Of a DNA stretch of 64,000 bases, positions 49,311 through 59,284 are shown one piece after another. The notes under the pieces are model-generated. The model had not been told where the DNA came from. It worked only from the letters and a program-made list of their open reading frames with translations, and made no database searches. The stretch is from Chitinophagales bacterium 65-1 (lineage in GTDB: Bacteria > Bacteroidota > Bacteroidia > Chitinophagales > Chitinophagaceae): assembly GCA_002050465.1 (NCBI GenBank), contig MWYX01000061.1:459-64458 (forward strand), read 5' to 3'. The position numbers and the translations under genes were made by a program. Within the stretch, counting starts at the first letter, position 1. The number at the start of each line of letters is the position of its first letter.

Positions 49311-49973
49311 TTAAATATCCAGGTAATTCATAAGATGACGATAATTGCTATGAATTTCGTTTTCAAATTTTTCTTCTCCAAAAAAATAAATCACATCATA
49401 TTCATATCTCTCAAATGCAGCCACTACTGTTGAAACTTCTTTCTTGTTAATATGAATAGTAACTGTAAGCAATCCGGTTGCCGGCTGAATGGTAGTATTA
49501 AGATGTAATACTGTTGCTTCGTTACTTTCTACTATCCGGCTTATTTCTGAAATTGTGAACTGACTTCTTTCCATTTCTAAAACAATAATACCTCCTATTT
49601 CCTGCGCTCCAGAAAAACTGCCTAAAATTCTAAGAAGGTTTTGGCCGCTTATACTCCCAAGAAATTCCTTTTCTTCATTTACTACGGGCACTACAGATGT
49701 TTGATATTCATTACTGATATTTACTGCCTGCAGAAAATGTTCATTTTCTTTTATGGACACATCAATATATTCATCCTGCAGCAACCGAACGTGCATCTTT
49801 TGATTATTTGCATCTAACAGATCTTGTTCGCTTATCAGGCCTAAATATTTGTCTTCTGAAACTACCGGAAGATGAGATACTTTAAAATCGTTTATTAACT
49901 GTAAGGCTTTGCCAACAGTGTCTTCTAATTGAAGCCGTGGAATAATATTATTGTTTAATTCTATTGCTAACAT
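49311..49973 (-). CDS. CBS domain protein (AcuB-like)
   Basis: HLPVV..YLGLISEQDL, ISRIVESN, FERYEY, LMNYL. Confidence 0.85.
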   Translation of the reverse strand: MLAIELNNNIIPRLQLEDTVGKALQLINDFKVSHLPVVSEDKYLGLISEQDLLDANNQKMHVRLLQDEYIDVSIKENEHFLQAVNISNEYQTSVVPVVNEEKEFLGSISGQNLLRILGSFSGAQEIGGIIVLEMERSQFTISEISRIVESNEATVLHLNTTIQPATGLLTVTIHINKKEVSTVVAAFERYEYDVIYFFGEEKFENEIHSNYRHLMNYLDI

Positions 49974-50035
49974 GTACCTGATAAAATACTTAAACGAAAT
50001 TAATGATAGATTGTTTTATACAAAGACAGTAAAAA

Positions 50036-50815
50036 CTAATGAACTGTTGCAACCGGGTTCTTTAATTTTGCTAAAAACCCATCCAGTGTTTTGTTAAACT
50101 CTTCAGGAACCTCCATCATTGGGGCATGACCACATTTATCAATAAAATGCAGCTCGCTATTAGGAATTAATTTGTTAAACTCTTTTGCCACAAAAGGAGG
50201 TGTAATTGTATCATTATTTCCCCAGATTAAACAGGTGGGTTGTTTTATCTGGCTTATTTCTTCCCCCAAATTATTTCGTATGGCAGACTTGGCTAATGCA
50301 ATTATTTTAATAACCTTGATCCTGTTATTGGTTATTTCAAAGCATTCATTTACCAGTTCTTCAGTAGCCATTGCAGGATCATAAAAAGTTAGCTGGGTTT
50401 TTTTCCGTATATATTCCTTATCACCCCGCTTGGGATAACTATCTCCCATTCCATTTTCAAACAGGCCTGAACTTCCAGTGAGTATCAATGATTTTAATCT
50501 CTCAGGATGTTTCAAGGTATAGATAAGAGCCACGTGCCCGCCAAGCGAATTTCCTAACAAATGGATATTCTTATAATTTTTTGTCTCTATAAACTTATGT
50601 ACAAATTTTTGGAGCCCCCCTACCGATGTATTAAGCAGATCAAGCTCAAACAACGGAAGCATAGGAACAACGACTTTGTTTGTATGCCTGAAATGTTCTA
50701 TAAGATCTTTAAAATTACTTAGTGCTCCAAAAAGCCCATGCAACAGCACAAGGGGCTCTCCTTGCCCTTCTTCTAAATATTTAAATTTGCCTTCTTTTTT
50801 TATTTCGTAACTCAT
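50036..50815 (-). CDS. Alpha/beta hydrolase
   Basis: LLHGLFG, GNSLGG, WGNNDTITP, CGHAPM. Confidence 0.93.
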   Translation of the reverse strand: MSYEIKKEGKFKYLEEGQGEPLVLLHGLFGALSNFKDLIEHFRHTNKVVVPMLPLFELDLLNTSVGGLQKFVHKFIETKNYKNIHLLGNSLGGHVALIYTLKHPERLKSLILTGSSGLFENGMGDSYPKRGDKEYIRKKTQLTFYDPAMATEELVNECFEITNNRIKVIKIIALAKSAIRNNLGEEISQIKQPTCLIWGNNDTITPPFVAKEFNKLIPNSELHFIDKCGHAPMMEVPEEFNKTLDGFLAKLKNPVATVH

Positions 50816-50902
50816 TTTTTTATTAAGAGCAATAATTATGGCATCCTAAAAATAATTGTTTCTATGCAAAATAGTATGGAAATAAATAAGATGAATAATT
50901 TA

Positions 50903-51439
50903 TCACGAAGCTTTTTTGGCCATGTTACCAAAGAAATCCTGTAACTGAACAAACATATCTTTAAAAATGGGAATTATTTTTCCAAAGTTATCTATTACTT
51001 TGGGCCCCCATGGTGAAACGTATGGATAAATTTTAGAATCGTGTATGGTTGTTGGTTGAATCAACAAAAGCTTAGCTGCAAAAAATAAAATAACACTGAA
51101 AATAATTGTATAAATAATTACATAAAGAATTATTCCTCCCATCTTATCCAGCCAGCCAAGCATGGCAAACTGCACCGTTTTTTTTATAACCCTGGAGAGC
51201 AGCCCCACCAATAATATAACTGCTATAAAAACAAGCATAAAAGAAATAAGAGGTAGCCATTTGGCAAAAGCACCCGCACTATCTTTTAAATATTCTGCAA
51301 CAACAACCGATAACTTTAATGCAGCGGCAAGTCCAATAATAAAAGCAAGCAATGAAAAAATACCTACTATCAAACCTTTTTTAAATCCTTTAAAAATGGC
51401 AAGTATCATTATTATAACAAAGGCAATATCGATTATCAT
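50903..51439 (-). CDS. CvpA family membrane protein
   Basis: GFKKGLI...LGWLDKMGG...S.IYP. Confidence 0.88.
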   Translation of the reverse strand: MIIDIAFVIIMILAIFKGFKKGLIVGIFSLLAFIIGLAAALKLSVVVAEYLKDSAGAFAKWLPLISFMLVFIAVILLVGLLSRVIKKTVQFAMLGWLDKMGGIILYVIIYTIIFSVILFFAAKLLLIQPTTIHDSKIYPYVSPWGPKVIDNFGKIIPIFKDMFVQLQDFFGNMAKKAS

Positions 51440-51520
51440 AATTGATGTATAATGTAAGTAGTACCAGGTACGATATAAATGACTTACTGGCTATTGACCT
51501 ATTGATTAAAAGAAAATTAT

Positions 51521-51973
51521 TTACAAGGCTAAAAATTCAGATACAATTCGTGCAATGGTTTTTCCATCTGCTTTGCCGGCTAATTGTTTATTTACTAAAC
51601 CCATTACTTTCCCCATATCAGCAGGTGCAGTTGCACCGCTTTCTTTAACTATGGATCCAATTATTACTTTCAATTCTTCCTGTGACATTTGTTTGGGAAG
51701 AAATTTTTCAATTACTTCTATCTCTTCTTTTTCTTTTTGGGCAAGATCTTCCCTGTTTTGCTTTTCAAATATTTCCAATGAATCTTTTCTTTGCTTAACC
51801 AACTTTTGAAGTAATTTAATTTCATCCTCTTCTTTTAAAACACCACCTGCTCCTTCTGAAGTCTTTGCTATGATGATAGCGGCTTTAATAGCTCTTAAAG
51901 AGCGGAGGGATTTTTCATCTTTAGCAAGCATTGCAGCTTTCAGATCGCTCATTATTTTTTCTTCTAAAGCCAT
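51521..51973 (-). CDS. GatB/YqeY domain protein
   Basis: DLKAAMLAKD, KQRKDS, FLPKQ, DMGKVMG, GKADGK. Confidence 0.93.
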   Translation of the reverse strand: MALEEKIMSDLKAAMLAKDEKSLRSLRAIKAAIIIAKTSEGAGGVLKEEDEIKLLQKLVKQRKDSLEIFEKQNREDLAQKEKEEIEVIEKFLPKQMSQEELKVIIGSIVKESGATAPADMGKVMGLVNKQLAGKADGKTIARIVSEFLAL

Positions 51974-51983
51974 GTCTTAATTT

Positions 51984-52055
51984 TTAGTCATTGGGTCAAT
52001 GGTCATTAGTCATTATATGCAGAAAAGGTATTAATGACTCAATGACTTATTGACT
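51984..52055. repeat. Converging GTCAT/ATGAC 7-8-mer arrays
   Basis: tagtcat tgggtcaa tggtcat tagtcat ... taatgac tcaatgac ttattgac; the right arm overlaps the gldC stop. Confidence 0.8.
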
Positions 52056-52391
52056 ATTTTTTAATTGCGATTCTCTAAATTTTTTATAAAACTCATTTGC
52101 AAACTTCTTAATATCATCGCTGAGTTCTTTCTGTTGAGTGGCTCTTTTATACGTATCTGCCATCGAAGAAAACATTTGGTAAAAAAAATCTGCCATTTCA
52201 TCTACCATCATGTCTTTTGTCCAGAGGTCAATACGTAATGCTGTTTTGTCTGCGCCATCCCAAAAAGCTATACACATCGCTTTTGCTTTTTGTTTCATAT
52301 CAGAGCTGCTGTCTGTTGCACTCCAGCTTATTTGCTGGGGAACTTTATTGGGATCAAGGAGTACATCTATTTTTATTGAAGATTGATTCAT
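52047..52391 (-). CDS. gldC: Gliding motility protein GldC
   Basis: LDPNKVPQQISWSA, LRIDLWTKDMMVDEM, MADTYKRAT; start set by promoter TATCTTTG (52399-52406). Confidence 0.9.
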   Translation of the reverse strand: MNQSSIKIDVLLDPNKVPQQISWSATDSSSDMKQKAKAMCIAFWDGADKTALRIDLWTKDMMVDEMADFFYQMFSSMADTYKRATQQKELSDDIKKFANEFYKKFRESQLKNSQ

Positions 52392-52410
52392 AAGAGTGCA
52401 AAGATAAATA

Positions 52411-53445
52411 TTAGTTAACTGCTTTCTCAATACTCTGCCAAAGCCCCGCCGCCGCTTTATCCCAACCATATTTTTTTACCTGATTTTTTCCTTTTTCAAT
52501 TAACCGCTCTCTTAGGTTTTCATCTTTATAGATCAGCATCATTTTATCAGCAATGTCTTTATTATCGTTATTATTAAAGTATAATGCTGCATCACCGCAT
52601 ATTTCAATAATTTCCTCATTGGCAGCTGCAATTACCGGAACATTACATTTCATTGCTTCTAATACCGGTAAATATCCTTTACTGATAAATGGATGAACAA
52701 ATGCATAAGCAGCTCCTGTAAGCCCGGCTGATTCTTTCTTACTTATATTTTCCAGCAGCATAACTTCAGTTTTAAATTTATATAGGTGCACCATTTCATA
52801 AATTTCTTTAGCCATCTTCTTTTTAGATGTAACCAATAAATACATATTGCTTTTCTGCAACTTTTTGAAAACAGAAAAAGCCTTTAATAAATTCAAAAAT
52901 GTAGTTTTTGAATAATTTTCGACTAAAAACAAAAAATATTCATTTCCGTCTGAATATTTTCGTTTTATGTATTCTCTATCTTCTAATTCAATGGGTTTAA
53001 GATTTTCATCAGCCGTGTTATAAACAACATCAATTCTATTTGCATCATGTTTATATTTTTCAATGATTTGAGCTTTTGAAAATTCTGAAGTGGTTATAAT
53101 TGAATGCGCTTTTTTTAAAGACCTGGCACTGAACCTATCAAGGCCAATAAGACATTGACGCACTTTAGTTCTTAACAAAATATCATTTGTAAGAAATACA
53201 TCTGCCTGGTATTTTTTAAAAAGACAAGAAATTTTGTAGTTACTCCTAAATTTTGATAAAAATGAAATATTTTTTTTTGGAACAATAACCGGGATTATAT
53301 TTTCTGAAAGAACAAAATGATTATATGGCTTATCAAAAATAAAAAGAAAAGAATTTTTTGGGTGTTGCGCAGATATTATTTTAAAGATTTGATAAATAAA
53401 ATTCTGGTACTCTTCCGAACCTTTCATATCGACAGTTATTACCAT
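52411..53445 (-). CDS. GT-B family 4 glycosyltransferase, degenerate motif
   Basis: TTSEFSK, LPVLEAMKCNVPVI, EICGDAALYF, YGWDKAA. Confidence 0.8.
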   Translation of the reverse strand: MVITVDMKGSEEYQNFIYQIFKIISAQHPKNSFLFIFDKPYNHFVLSENIIPVIVPKKNISFLSKFRSNYKISCLFKKYQADVFLTNDILLRTKVRQCLIGLDRFSARSLKKAHSIITTSEFSKAQIIEKYKHDANRIDVVYNTADENLKPIELEDREYIKRKYSDGNEYFLFLVENYSKTTFLNLLKAFSVFKKLQKSNMYLLVTSKKKMAKEIYEMVHLYKFKTEVMLLENISKKESAGLTGAAYAFVHPFISKGYLPVLEAMKCNVPVIAAANEEIIEICGDAALYFNNNDNKDIADKMMLIYKDENLRERLIEKGKNQVKKYGWDKAAAGLWQSIEKAVN

Positions 53446-53451
53446 TTCACT

Positions 53452-53521
53452 TAATCATTAGTCTTAGTCAATAGTTAAAAGGTTATTGATAAAGACTTAT
53501 TGAGCATTGCCCCCATTGACT
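53452..53521. repeat. Degenerate converging GTCA/TGAC arrays
   Basis: taatcat tagtct tagtcaa tagttaa ... ttattga ... cattgac. Confidence 0.6.
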
Positions 53522-54783
53522 CACCTAAGCAGTTTCATTTTAACTGTTTCGATTCTGGTTTCACTTACATTTAAAATATCAAATTCATAATCATCAATTA
53601 TTATCCTGTCCTTCTGTTTTGGAATTTCCTCATGCCTGCTGATAATATACCCTGAGAGTGTTCCTGCTTCATCATTATGCCTGAAATGGAGGTGATATTT
53701 ATCTGTAATATGGTCCAGCTCCAGTCTGCCGCTAAAAATATATTCATCTGATGAAATTTGCTTCTCTACAAATTCTTCGGTATCATATTCATCTTTTATT
53801 TCTCCAAAAATTTCTTCCAACAAGTCTTCCATAGTTACTATACCTGCAGTGCCGCCAAATTCATCAATTACCCATGCAATGCTTTTTCTCTCCTTACTAA
53901 ATTTGTTTATAAGATCAGTTGCGTTCATACTTTCCGGCACAGTAGGTATGGGCAACAATACTGACCGCAGATTTTCAGGATTTTTAAACATATCCAGCTG
54001 GTGAATATATCCCTGGATATTATCTATATTACCTTCATAAACAACAAGCTTCGAAAGCTTTGTATCTATGAAACGCTGTTTTACATTATTAAGGGAGGCG
54101 TTAATGTCAATTGCCTCAATTTCTTTTCTCGGGATTAAACAGGCTCGCATTTTAATATCTGATAATGATAAAACATTTTCAAATAATTCATTATTCAATT
54201 CGCCGGTATCATCAGGGTCTTTATCCTTGCTCTGCTGGATAAAATGCTCCAGGTCAATTTTGGTAAACACTTCTTTTCTTATATGTATTTTAATGTTGAA
54301 AATATATTTAAGTATCCATTCAGCTAGATTTACAAAGATGGAAGCTATCCATGCAAATACTGAATAAAAGAATTGAACAATAAATGTAATTATACTGCTG
54401 CCAATAATAACATCCCCTTTGGCGCGGAAAAAAGCTTTGAAAATAAATTCAAAAAAAAGCAAAATTAAAGTGGCCAAACACGTTTCTGCGGCAAGCTTTA
54501 TATAGGGATTAGCAATACCTAAAAATTTCCAGAAACCTACAAGAATATCGCTCCAGAGCAAGCCGTACACAACCAATAAAATATTAAGCGCTATAAGAGT
54601 AGTACCTATAAACCTGGCAGGTTTTTCCATATAGGTTGCCCATATTCTGCCAACATAAGTACCCTGTTTTTTTTTGAGCTCTACCGATAATTTACTTACT
54701 GAAACAAATGCTATCTCAATACCTGCAAAAAAACCGATTAAGATCAGAGAAATAATAATCGCTATGACAGCCATCCAATCCAT
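53521..54783 (-). CDS. Hemolysin-family CNNM/CBS/CorC protein
   Basis: FFAGIEIAF, VIDEFGGTAGIVTMEDLLEEIFGEI, TLSGYI. Confidence 0.9.
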   Translation of the reverse strand: MDWMAVIAIIISLILIGFFAGIEIAFVSVSKLSVELKKKQGTYVGRIWATYMEKPARFIGTTLIALNILLVVYGLLWSDILVGFWKFLGIANPYIKLAAETCLATLILLFFEFIFKAFFRAKGDVIIGSSIITFIVQFFYSVFAWIASIFVNLAEWILKYIFNIKIHIRKEVFTKIDLEHFIQQSKDKDPDDTGELNNELFENVLSLSDIKMRACLIPRKEIEAIDINASLNNVKQRFIDTKLSKLVVYEGNIDNIQGYIHQLDMFKNPENLRSVLLPIPTVPESMNATDLINKFSKERKSIAWVIDEFGGTAGIVTMEDLLEEIFGEIKDEYDTEEFVEKQISSDEYIFSGRLELDHITDKYHLHFRHNDEAGTLSGYIISRHEEIPKQKDRIIIDDYEFDILNVSETRIETVKMKLLR

Positions 54784-54812
54784 ATAACAAAAATATATAA
54801 ATGAAAGAGGTA

Positions 54813-55415
54813 TTATTTATTAATTATCTGCTTTCCTTCAGGCAGGTTAATGAAGTCTCTTACTATTGTTTCCGCCTCGATACACGCAGCTTCAAAGTTA
54901 TTATTCTCTACAACATTACTGAATTGATTAGTAAATGAAAGCTCATAGGCAGCCTTACTAACTCTTGCCTGAAGTGACTCAACACTTTCTGAACCCCGGC
55001 TTTCAAGCCGTCTTTTCAGTTCATCTACCGATGGTGGTTTAATAAAAATAAAAAGAGAATTTATAGGATATTCTTTCTGCACATGAATAGTACCCTGCAC
55101 ATCAATATCAAGTACAGGGATTTGCTCAATACTCCAGATACGTTTTAGTTCTGATTTTAGCGTACCATAATATTTTCCTTCATAAACCATTTCCCACTCT
55201 ACAAACTCTTCGTTCAAAATTTTTTTCTGAAACTCCTCAACAGATATAAAGTAATAATCAACACCATTTTTTTCATTTGTTCGTGGCTGCCTTGTAGTTG
55301 CTGAAATTGAAAAGGAAAGTTGCGGAAAAACTTTCATTAAATGACGGGCTATAGATGTTTTGCCTGCCCCTGAAGGAGCAGTGATGACGATCATCTTTTG
55401 GTATTCTTTCTTCAT
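54813..55415 (-). CDS. gmk: Guanylate kinase
   Basis: APSGAGKT, SATTRQPR, YYGT, LDIDVQG. Confidence 0.96.
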   Translation of the reverse strand: MKKEYQKMIVITAPSGAGKTSIARHLMKVFPQLSFSISATTRQPRTNEKNGVDYYFISVEEFQKKILNEEFVEWEMVYEGKYYGTLKSELKRIWSIEQIPVLDIDVQGTIHVQKEYPINSLFIFIKPPSVDELKRRLESRGSESVESLQARVSKAAYELSFTNQFSNVVENNNFEAACIEAETIVRDFINLPEGKQIINK

Positions 55416-55451
55416 GCCCGGCGTGTTGTTTATTATGCGGATTCTATTTAA

Positions 55452-55533
55452 AATCATTGGTCATTATGTCAACTGTCATTATATTTTGCATATGGTAAAT
55501 ATTTATTGACCATTGACGCAATGACTAATTGAC
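55452..55533. repeat. Converging GTCAT/ATGAC arrays between murA and gmk
   Basis: aatcat tggtcat tatgtcaa ctgtcat ... ttattgac cattgac gcaatgac taattgac; overlaps the murA stop. Confidence 0.8.
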
Positions 55534-56832
55534 CCTTTTAATCTCCGCACCTAAATTATTTAATCTTTCATCAATATTCTCATAACCCCTGTCAATCTGT
55601 TCAATATTCTGAATAGTACTTTTACCTTCTGCGCTTAACGCAGCTATAAGCAGCGCTACGCCTGCTCTAATATCCGGGCTGCTCATAGAAATTCCTTTTA
55701 AAGGACTAACTCTTTCTAAACCCACCACTACAGCACGGTGAGGATCACATAAAACAATCCTTGCGCCCATTTCGATTATTTTGTCAACAAAAAACAGCCT
55801 GCTTTCAAACATTTTTTGATGTATCAATACACTACCCTTAGCCTGTGTGGCCACGACTAAAATAATGCTTAAAAGATCGGGGGTAAGCCCCGGCCATGGA
55901 TGATCATAAATGGTAAGAATAGAGCCATCTAAAAAAGTTTGTATCTCGTAAGAAAATTGTGCAGGAATATGGATATCATCTCCATTAAAATTCAACTTTA
56001 TTCCTAGTTGCTGAAATTTTTCAGGGATTATTCCAAGATCTTTTATGCCTGCGTTCTTAATTGTAATATCACTTTGTGTCATTGCTGCAAGGCCAATAAA
56101 CGAACCCACTTCAATCATATCGGGCAATATGGTATGCTCTGTTCCTGTTAAAATATCCACCCCTTCTATTGAAAGCATATTACTACCTACGCCATTTATT
56201 TTTGCACCCATCTGCATCAGCATTTTACAAAGCTGTTGTATGTAAGGTTCACAAGCTGCATTATAAATAGTGGTTATTCCATTAGCCATTACAGCAGCCA
56301 TTACAAGGTTAGCAGTACCAGTTACACTAGGCTCTTCAAGTAATATATAAGTGCCTTTTAACTCATCCGTTTGTAAATTAAAAAATGAATCCTCTGTATC
56401 GTATAAAATTTTTGCACCCAGTTTTTCAAAGCCATTAATATGTGTATCTAATCTTCTCCTTCCTATTTTATCTCCCCCAGGTTTGGGAATAAATGCTTTT
56501 TTAAATCGTGCCAGCATAGGGCCGGCAAGCATTACACTACCTCTCAGCCTGCCGCTTTTTTTATAATAGGCATCACTATGGAGATATTCAATATCTATAT
56601 CATCTGCCTGAAAAATGCCTTTATGTCTGTTTACTCTTTGTATTTTAACACCCAGCTCTTCCAATAATTCTATCTGCAAATTCACATCTAAAATATCGGG
56701 TATGTTATTAATAGTAACTTTTGCCGAAGTAAGCAGAACTGCTGAGATCACTTGTAATGCTTCATTCTTTGAGCCTTGGGGGGTTATTTCTCCATTTAGT
56801 TTTTTTGCACCTGTTACCCGAAATGAGCTCAT
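55525..56832 (-). CDS. murA: UDP-N-acetylglucosamine 1-carboxyvinyltransferase
   Basis: GSKNEAL, PGGDKIGRR, SVTGT, FESRL, DIRAG, IDRGYE. Confidence 0.97.
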   Translation of the reverse strand: MSSFRVTGAKKLNGEITPQGSKNEALQVISAVLLTSAKVTINNIPDILDVNLQIELLEELGVKIQRVNRHKGIFQADDIDIEYLHSDAYYKKSGRLRGSVMLAGPMLARFKKAFIPKPGGDKIGRRRLDTHINGFEKLGAKILYDTEDSFFNLQTDELKGTYILLEEPSVTGTANLVMAAVMANGITTIYNAACEPYIQQLCKMLMQMGAKINGVGSNMLSIEGVDILTGTEHTILPDMIEVGSFIGLAAMTQSDITIKNAGIKDLGIIPEKFQQLGIKLNFNGDDIHIPAQFSYEIQTFLDGSILTIYDHPWPGLTPDLLSIILVVATQAKGSVLIHQKMFESRLFFVDKIIEMGARIVLCDPHRAVVVGLERVSPLKGISMSSPDIRAGVALLIAALSAEGKSTIQNIEQIDRGYENIDERLNNLGAEIKRVN

Positions 56833-56855
56833 TGTAAAAAATTTTACCTTCTAAA

Positions 56856-56892
56856 AAATAAAAAACCCTGACATTACCTTAGTATGCCAGGG
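56856..56892 (-). terminator. Terminator-like hairpin between DUF4290 and murA
   Basis: ccctgacat/atgccaggg imperfect stem with an A-run. Confidence 0.55.
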
Positions 56893-56912
56893 CATTTTAT
56901 CAGTTGCCTGGA

Positions 56913-57593
56913 TTAATATCTTTTTTTAAACTTATTATTTCTATTATTATTCCGGTTATCTCTTCCTTGGTTATTCCGGTTATTATTTCTTGCCCCAAAA
57001 TTTTTGCGAAATTTGCCTCCACTTGCATAATCATCCCTATCGCCCCTGCTATCAACCCTATGTTTTACAAAAGGCCTGTTATTAAACTCCAATTCTCCTT
57101 TTGTAATAGATGCTAATTCAGTTTGAATATTATCATCATGAACTAATTCCTTATGCCAGTTACTATACGTAAGTTTCATGTAGTAGGCAATAGCATTGGC
57201 GAATCCCTGCCGCTTTTCAGTATCTTCTTCCTGCAATGCTTTATCAATTACTATCTCGATATTTTTACCAAGATGATTATACTTTGGATATCTTTTAGGA
57301 TAAGGTAAAGGATCGGGTTTGGCTTTTAAAGATTCTCTTGTAGGGATTGGATAAGGACTGTCGACATCCAGTTTAAAATCGCTTATTAAAAACAAATGGT
57401 CCCATAACTTATGGCGGAAGTCTTCAACGTTTTTTAAGTGAGGGTTCAAAAACCCCATCAGCTCGATTAATGCATATGCATTTTTCTGGCGCTTTTCCCG
57501 GTCTTCCAGGGCAAGCAGATATTCTACCATTTTTTGAATATGGCGGCCATATTCTCTTATTTCTAAATGATTTCTGGTAGTATTATACTCCAT
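56913..57593 (-). CDS. DUF4290 family protein
   Basis: MEYNT..EYGRHIQKMV, KLWDHLF..SDFKLDVDSPYP, N/R-rich tail; upstream of murA. Confidence 0.88.
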   Translation of the reverse strand: MEYNTTRNHLEIREYGRHIQKMVEYLLALEDREKRQKNAYALIELMGFLNPHLKNVEDFRHKLWDHLFLISDFKLDVDSPYPIPTRESLKAKPDPLPYPKRYPKYNHLGKNIEIVIDKALQEEDTEKRQGFANAIAYYMKLTYSNWHKELVHDDNIQTELASITKGELEFNNRPFVKHRVDSRGDRDDYASGGKFRKNFGARNNNRNNQGRDNRNNNRNNKFKKRY

Positions 57594-57676
57594 ATTCGCA
57601 ACACTCTTCATATAAGCAAATGTATTGATTAAAATTGTAGCAAACAAGTTGTGGCTTATCGATGTAAGATGGATTT

Positions 57677-58054
57677 TTAAATGAACTTCCTTTTGCAAAT
57701 CCAAAAAGCAATTAAGGCTCCTATAGTATCTGCAGCCCAATCCAGCAAATCGAAACCACGTCCTTCTATAAAATATTTTTGTATAAACTCAATAGTTAAA
57801 CCCCAAATGATTACTGCAATCGTAATTTTTATAAAGTATTGCAAACGCTGTTTGTTGCCAAAAAGCGAATTAGAAAATGGCTGGCAAAGCAAAATAACCA
57901 ATAATGCAAAAAGACCAGCATGTACCCATTTATCAAAGTAAAATGTATCGAGCCAGCCTACATCGGGTAGATCTCTGCCCGGTAAACACATCAAATACAG
58001 CACAGTAAAAAACCAGGCTATACCTGGTATAAAATTTTTAAAAGATATTTTCAT
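57677..58054 (-). CDS. VanZ family membrane protein
   Basis: DKWVHAGLF, IEFIQ..IEGRGFDLLDWAAD. Confidence 0.88.
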   Translation of the reverse strand: MKISFKNFIPGIAWFFTVLYLMCLPGRDLPDVGWLDTFYFDKWVHAGLFALLVILLCQPFSNSLFGNKQRLQYFIKITIAVIIWGLTIEFIQKYFIEGRGFDLLDWAADTIGALIAFWICKRKFI

Positions 58055-58137
58055 TCTATTTCCAGAAGCTTGTAAACTTTATTATTGTAACGGAATGGAA
58101 TCTGACAGACCGCAAATCATAGAATTTTACTACAACT

Positions 58138-58515
58138 TTATCCCGCAAGCTTTTCATAAGCAGCCGCATCCATAAGTTTTTTTACATCTCCGGGATTATC
58201 AACAGTCATTTTTATCATCCATCCTTCTCCATATGGATCCGTATTTACCAATTCGGGTTGGGCATCCAAAGCAGAATTTACCTCTGTGATGGTTCCGGAA
58301 ACAGGTAGAAAAAGATCACTTACCGTTTTTACGGCTTCCACAGTACCGAACACAGCTTCAGCAGTAAGTGTTTTACCTTTGGTTTCTATTTCCACGTACA
58401 CTATATCTCCCAGCTCCTGCTGGGCAAAATCAGTTACGCCTATTGTTGCAATGTTCCCTTCTAATTTTATCCATTCATGATCTTTTGTGTATCGCAGGTT
58501 TTCAGGAAAGTTCAT
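58138..58515 (-). CDS. gcvH: Glycine cleavage system H protein
   Basis: YTKDHEW, VEAVKTVSD (lipoyl Lys), NTDPYGEGW. Confidence 0.97.
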   Translation of the reverse strand: MNFPENLRYTKDHEWIKLEGNIATIGVTDFAQQELGDIVYVEIETKGKTLTAEAVFGTVEAVKTVSDLFLPVSGTITEVNSALDAQPELVNTDPYGEGWMIKMTVDNPGDVKKLMDAAAYEKLAG

Positions 58516-58589
58516 AGTTATAATTAATGGTTACAGGCTGCAAAATAGTATTTCTTATTTTATGTTTCATTTTTGAAATTCTATTTAAA

Positions 58590-59273
58590 TTATCGCTTTT
58601 TAAGAATTTTCAGTTTCATCCTTATATCATTTAAAGGCCTGTTATTGGTATCTCTTGCGGCACCTGCAATTTTATCAACTACTTCAAGCCCGCTTTCAAC
58701 TTCGCCAAAAACTGTATAATTCATATCAAGATGTGGTGCACCACCAATGGATTTATAAACCTCCCTGTGGGCAAGAGGCAACTTTCTTTTTAAACGAAAT
58801 GTTTCAACAGAATCCAATCCCGCATCAGTAAATTTTTTACCCTGAACAATATAGAATTGGCTTCCGCTGCTGGCTTTTTTCGGATTTATTACATCGCCTT
58901 CTCTTGCAGCTGCAAGCACCCCTTTTTTATGGAACAGGCTTGTATCAAATTCTGCAGGTATAGTATATGAGGGGCCGCCATTACCAAGTAATATGTTGGG
59001 TTTTGCATTTTTGCTGTCAGGGTCTCCTCCCTGTATCATAAAATTTTTTATAACCCTGTGAAAAAGTAAACTGTCAAAATAATGCTGTTTAACAAGTTTA
59101 ATAAAATTATCCCGATGCAAAGGGGTTTTATTATAAAGCCTTAGAATGATGGCTCCGGAATCTGTAGATAATTGTATTCTTTCTCTGCTAAATGCCGGGG
59201 TTTCAGTATTCCGTGTAACAGAGCATGCAATTAAAAACACAAGAAGAAACAATGCAGAACTTTTTTTAATCAT
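58590..59273 (-). CDS. Cyclophilin-type peptidyl-prolyl isomerase, probable lipoprotein
   Basis: FHRVIKNFMIQGGDP, SSGSQFYIV, HLDMNYTVFGEV; lipobox LIAC. Confidence 0.93.
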   Translation of the reverse strand: MIKKSSALFLLVFLIACSVTRNTETPAFSRERIQLSTDSGAIILRLYNKTPLHRDNFIKLVKQHYFDSLLFHRVIKNFMIQGGDPDSKNAKPNILLGNGGPSYTIPAEFDTSLFHKKGVLAAAREGDVINPKKASSGSQFYIVQGKKFTDAGLDSVETFRLKRKLPLAHREVYKSIGGAPHLDMNYTVFGEVESGLEVVDKIAGAARDTNNRPLNDIRMKLKILKKR

Positions 59274-59284
59274 ATCAGGTTTTA

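Noticed and set aside
56913-57000. Repetitive DNA at the DUF4290 3' end
   Set aside because: Explained by the low-complexity N/R-rich protein tail.
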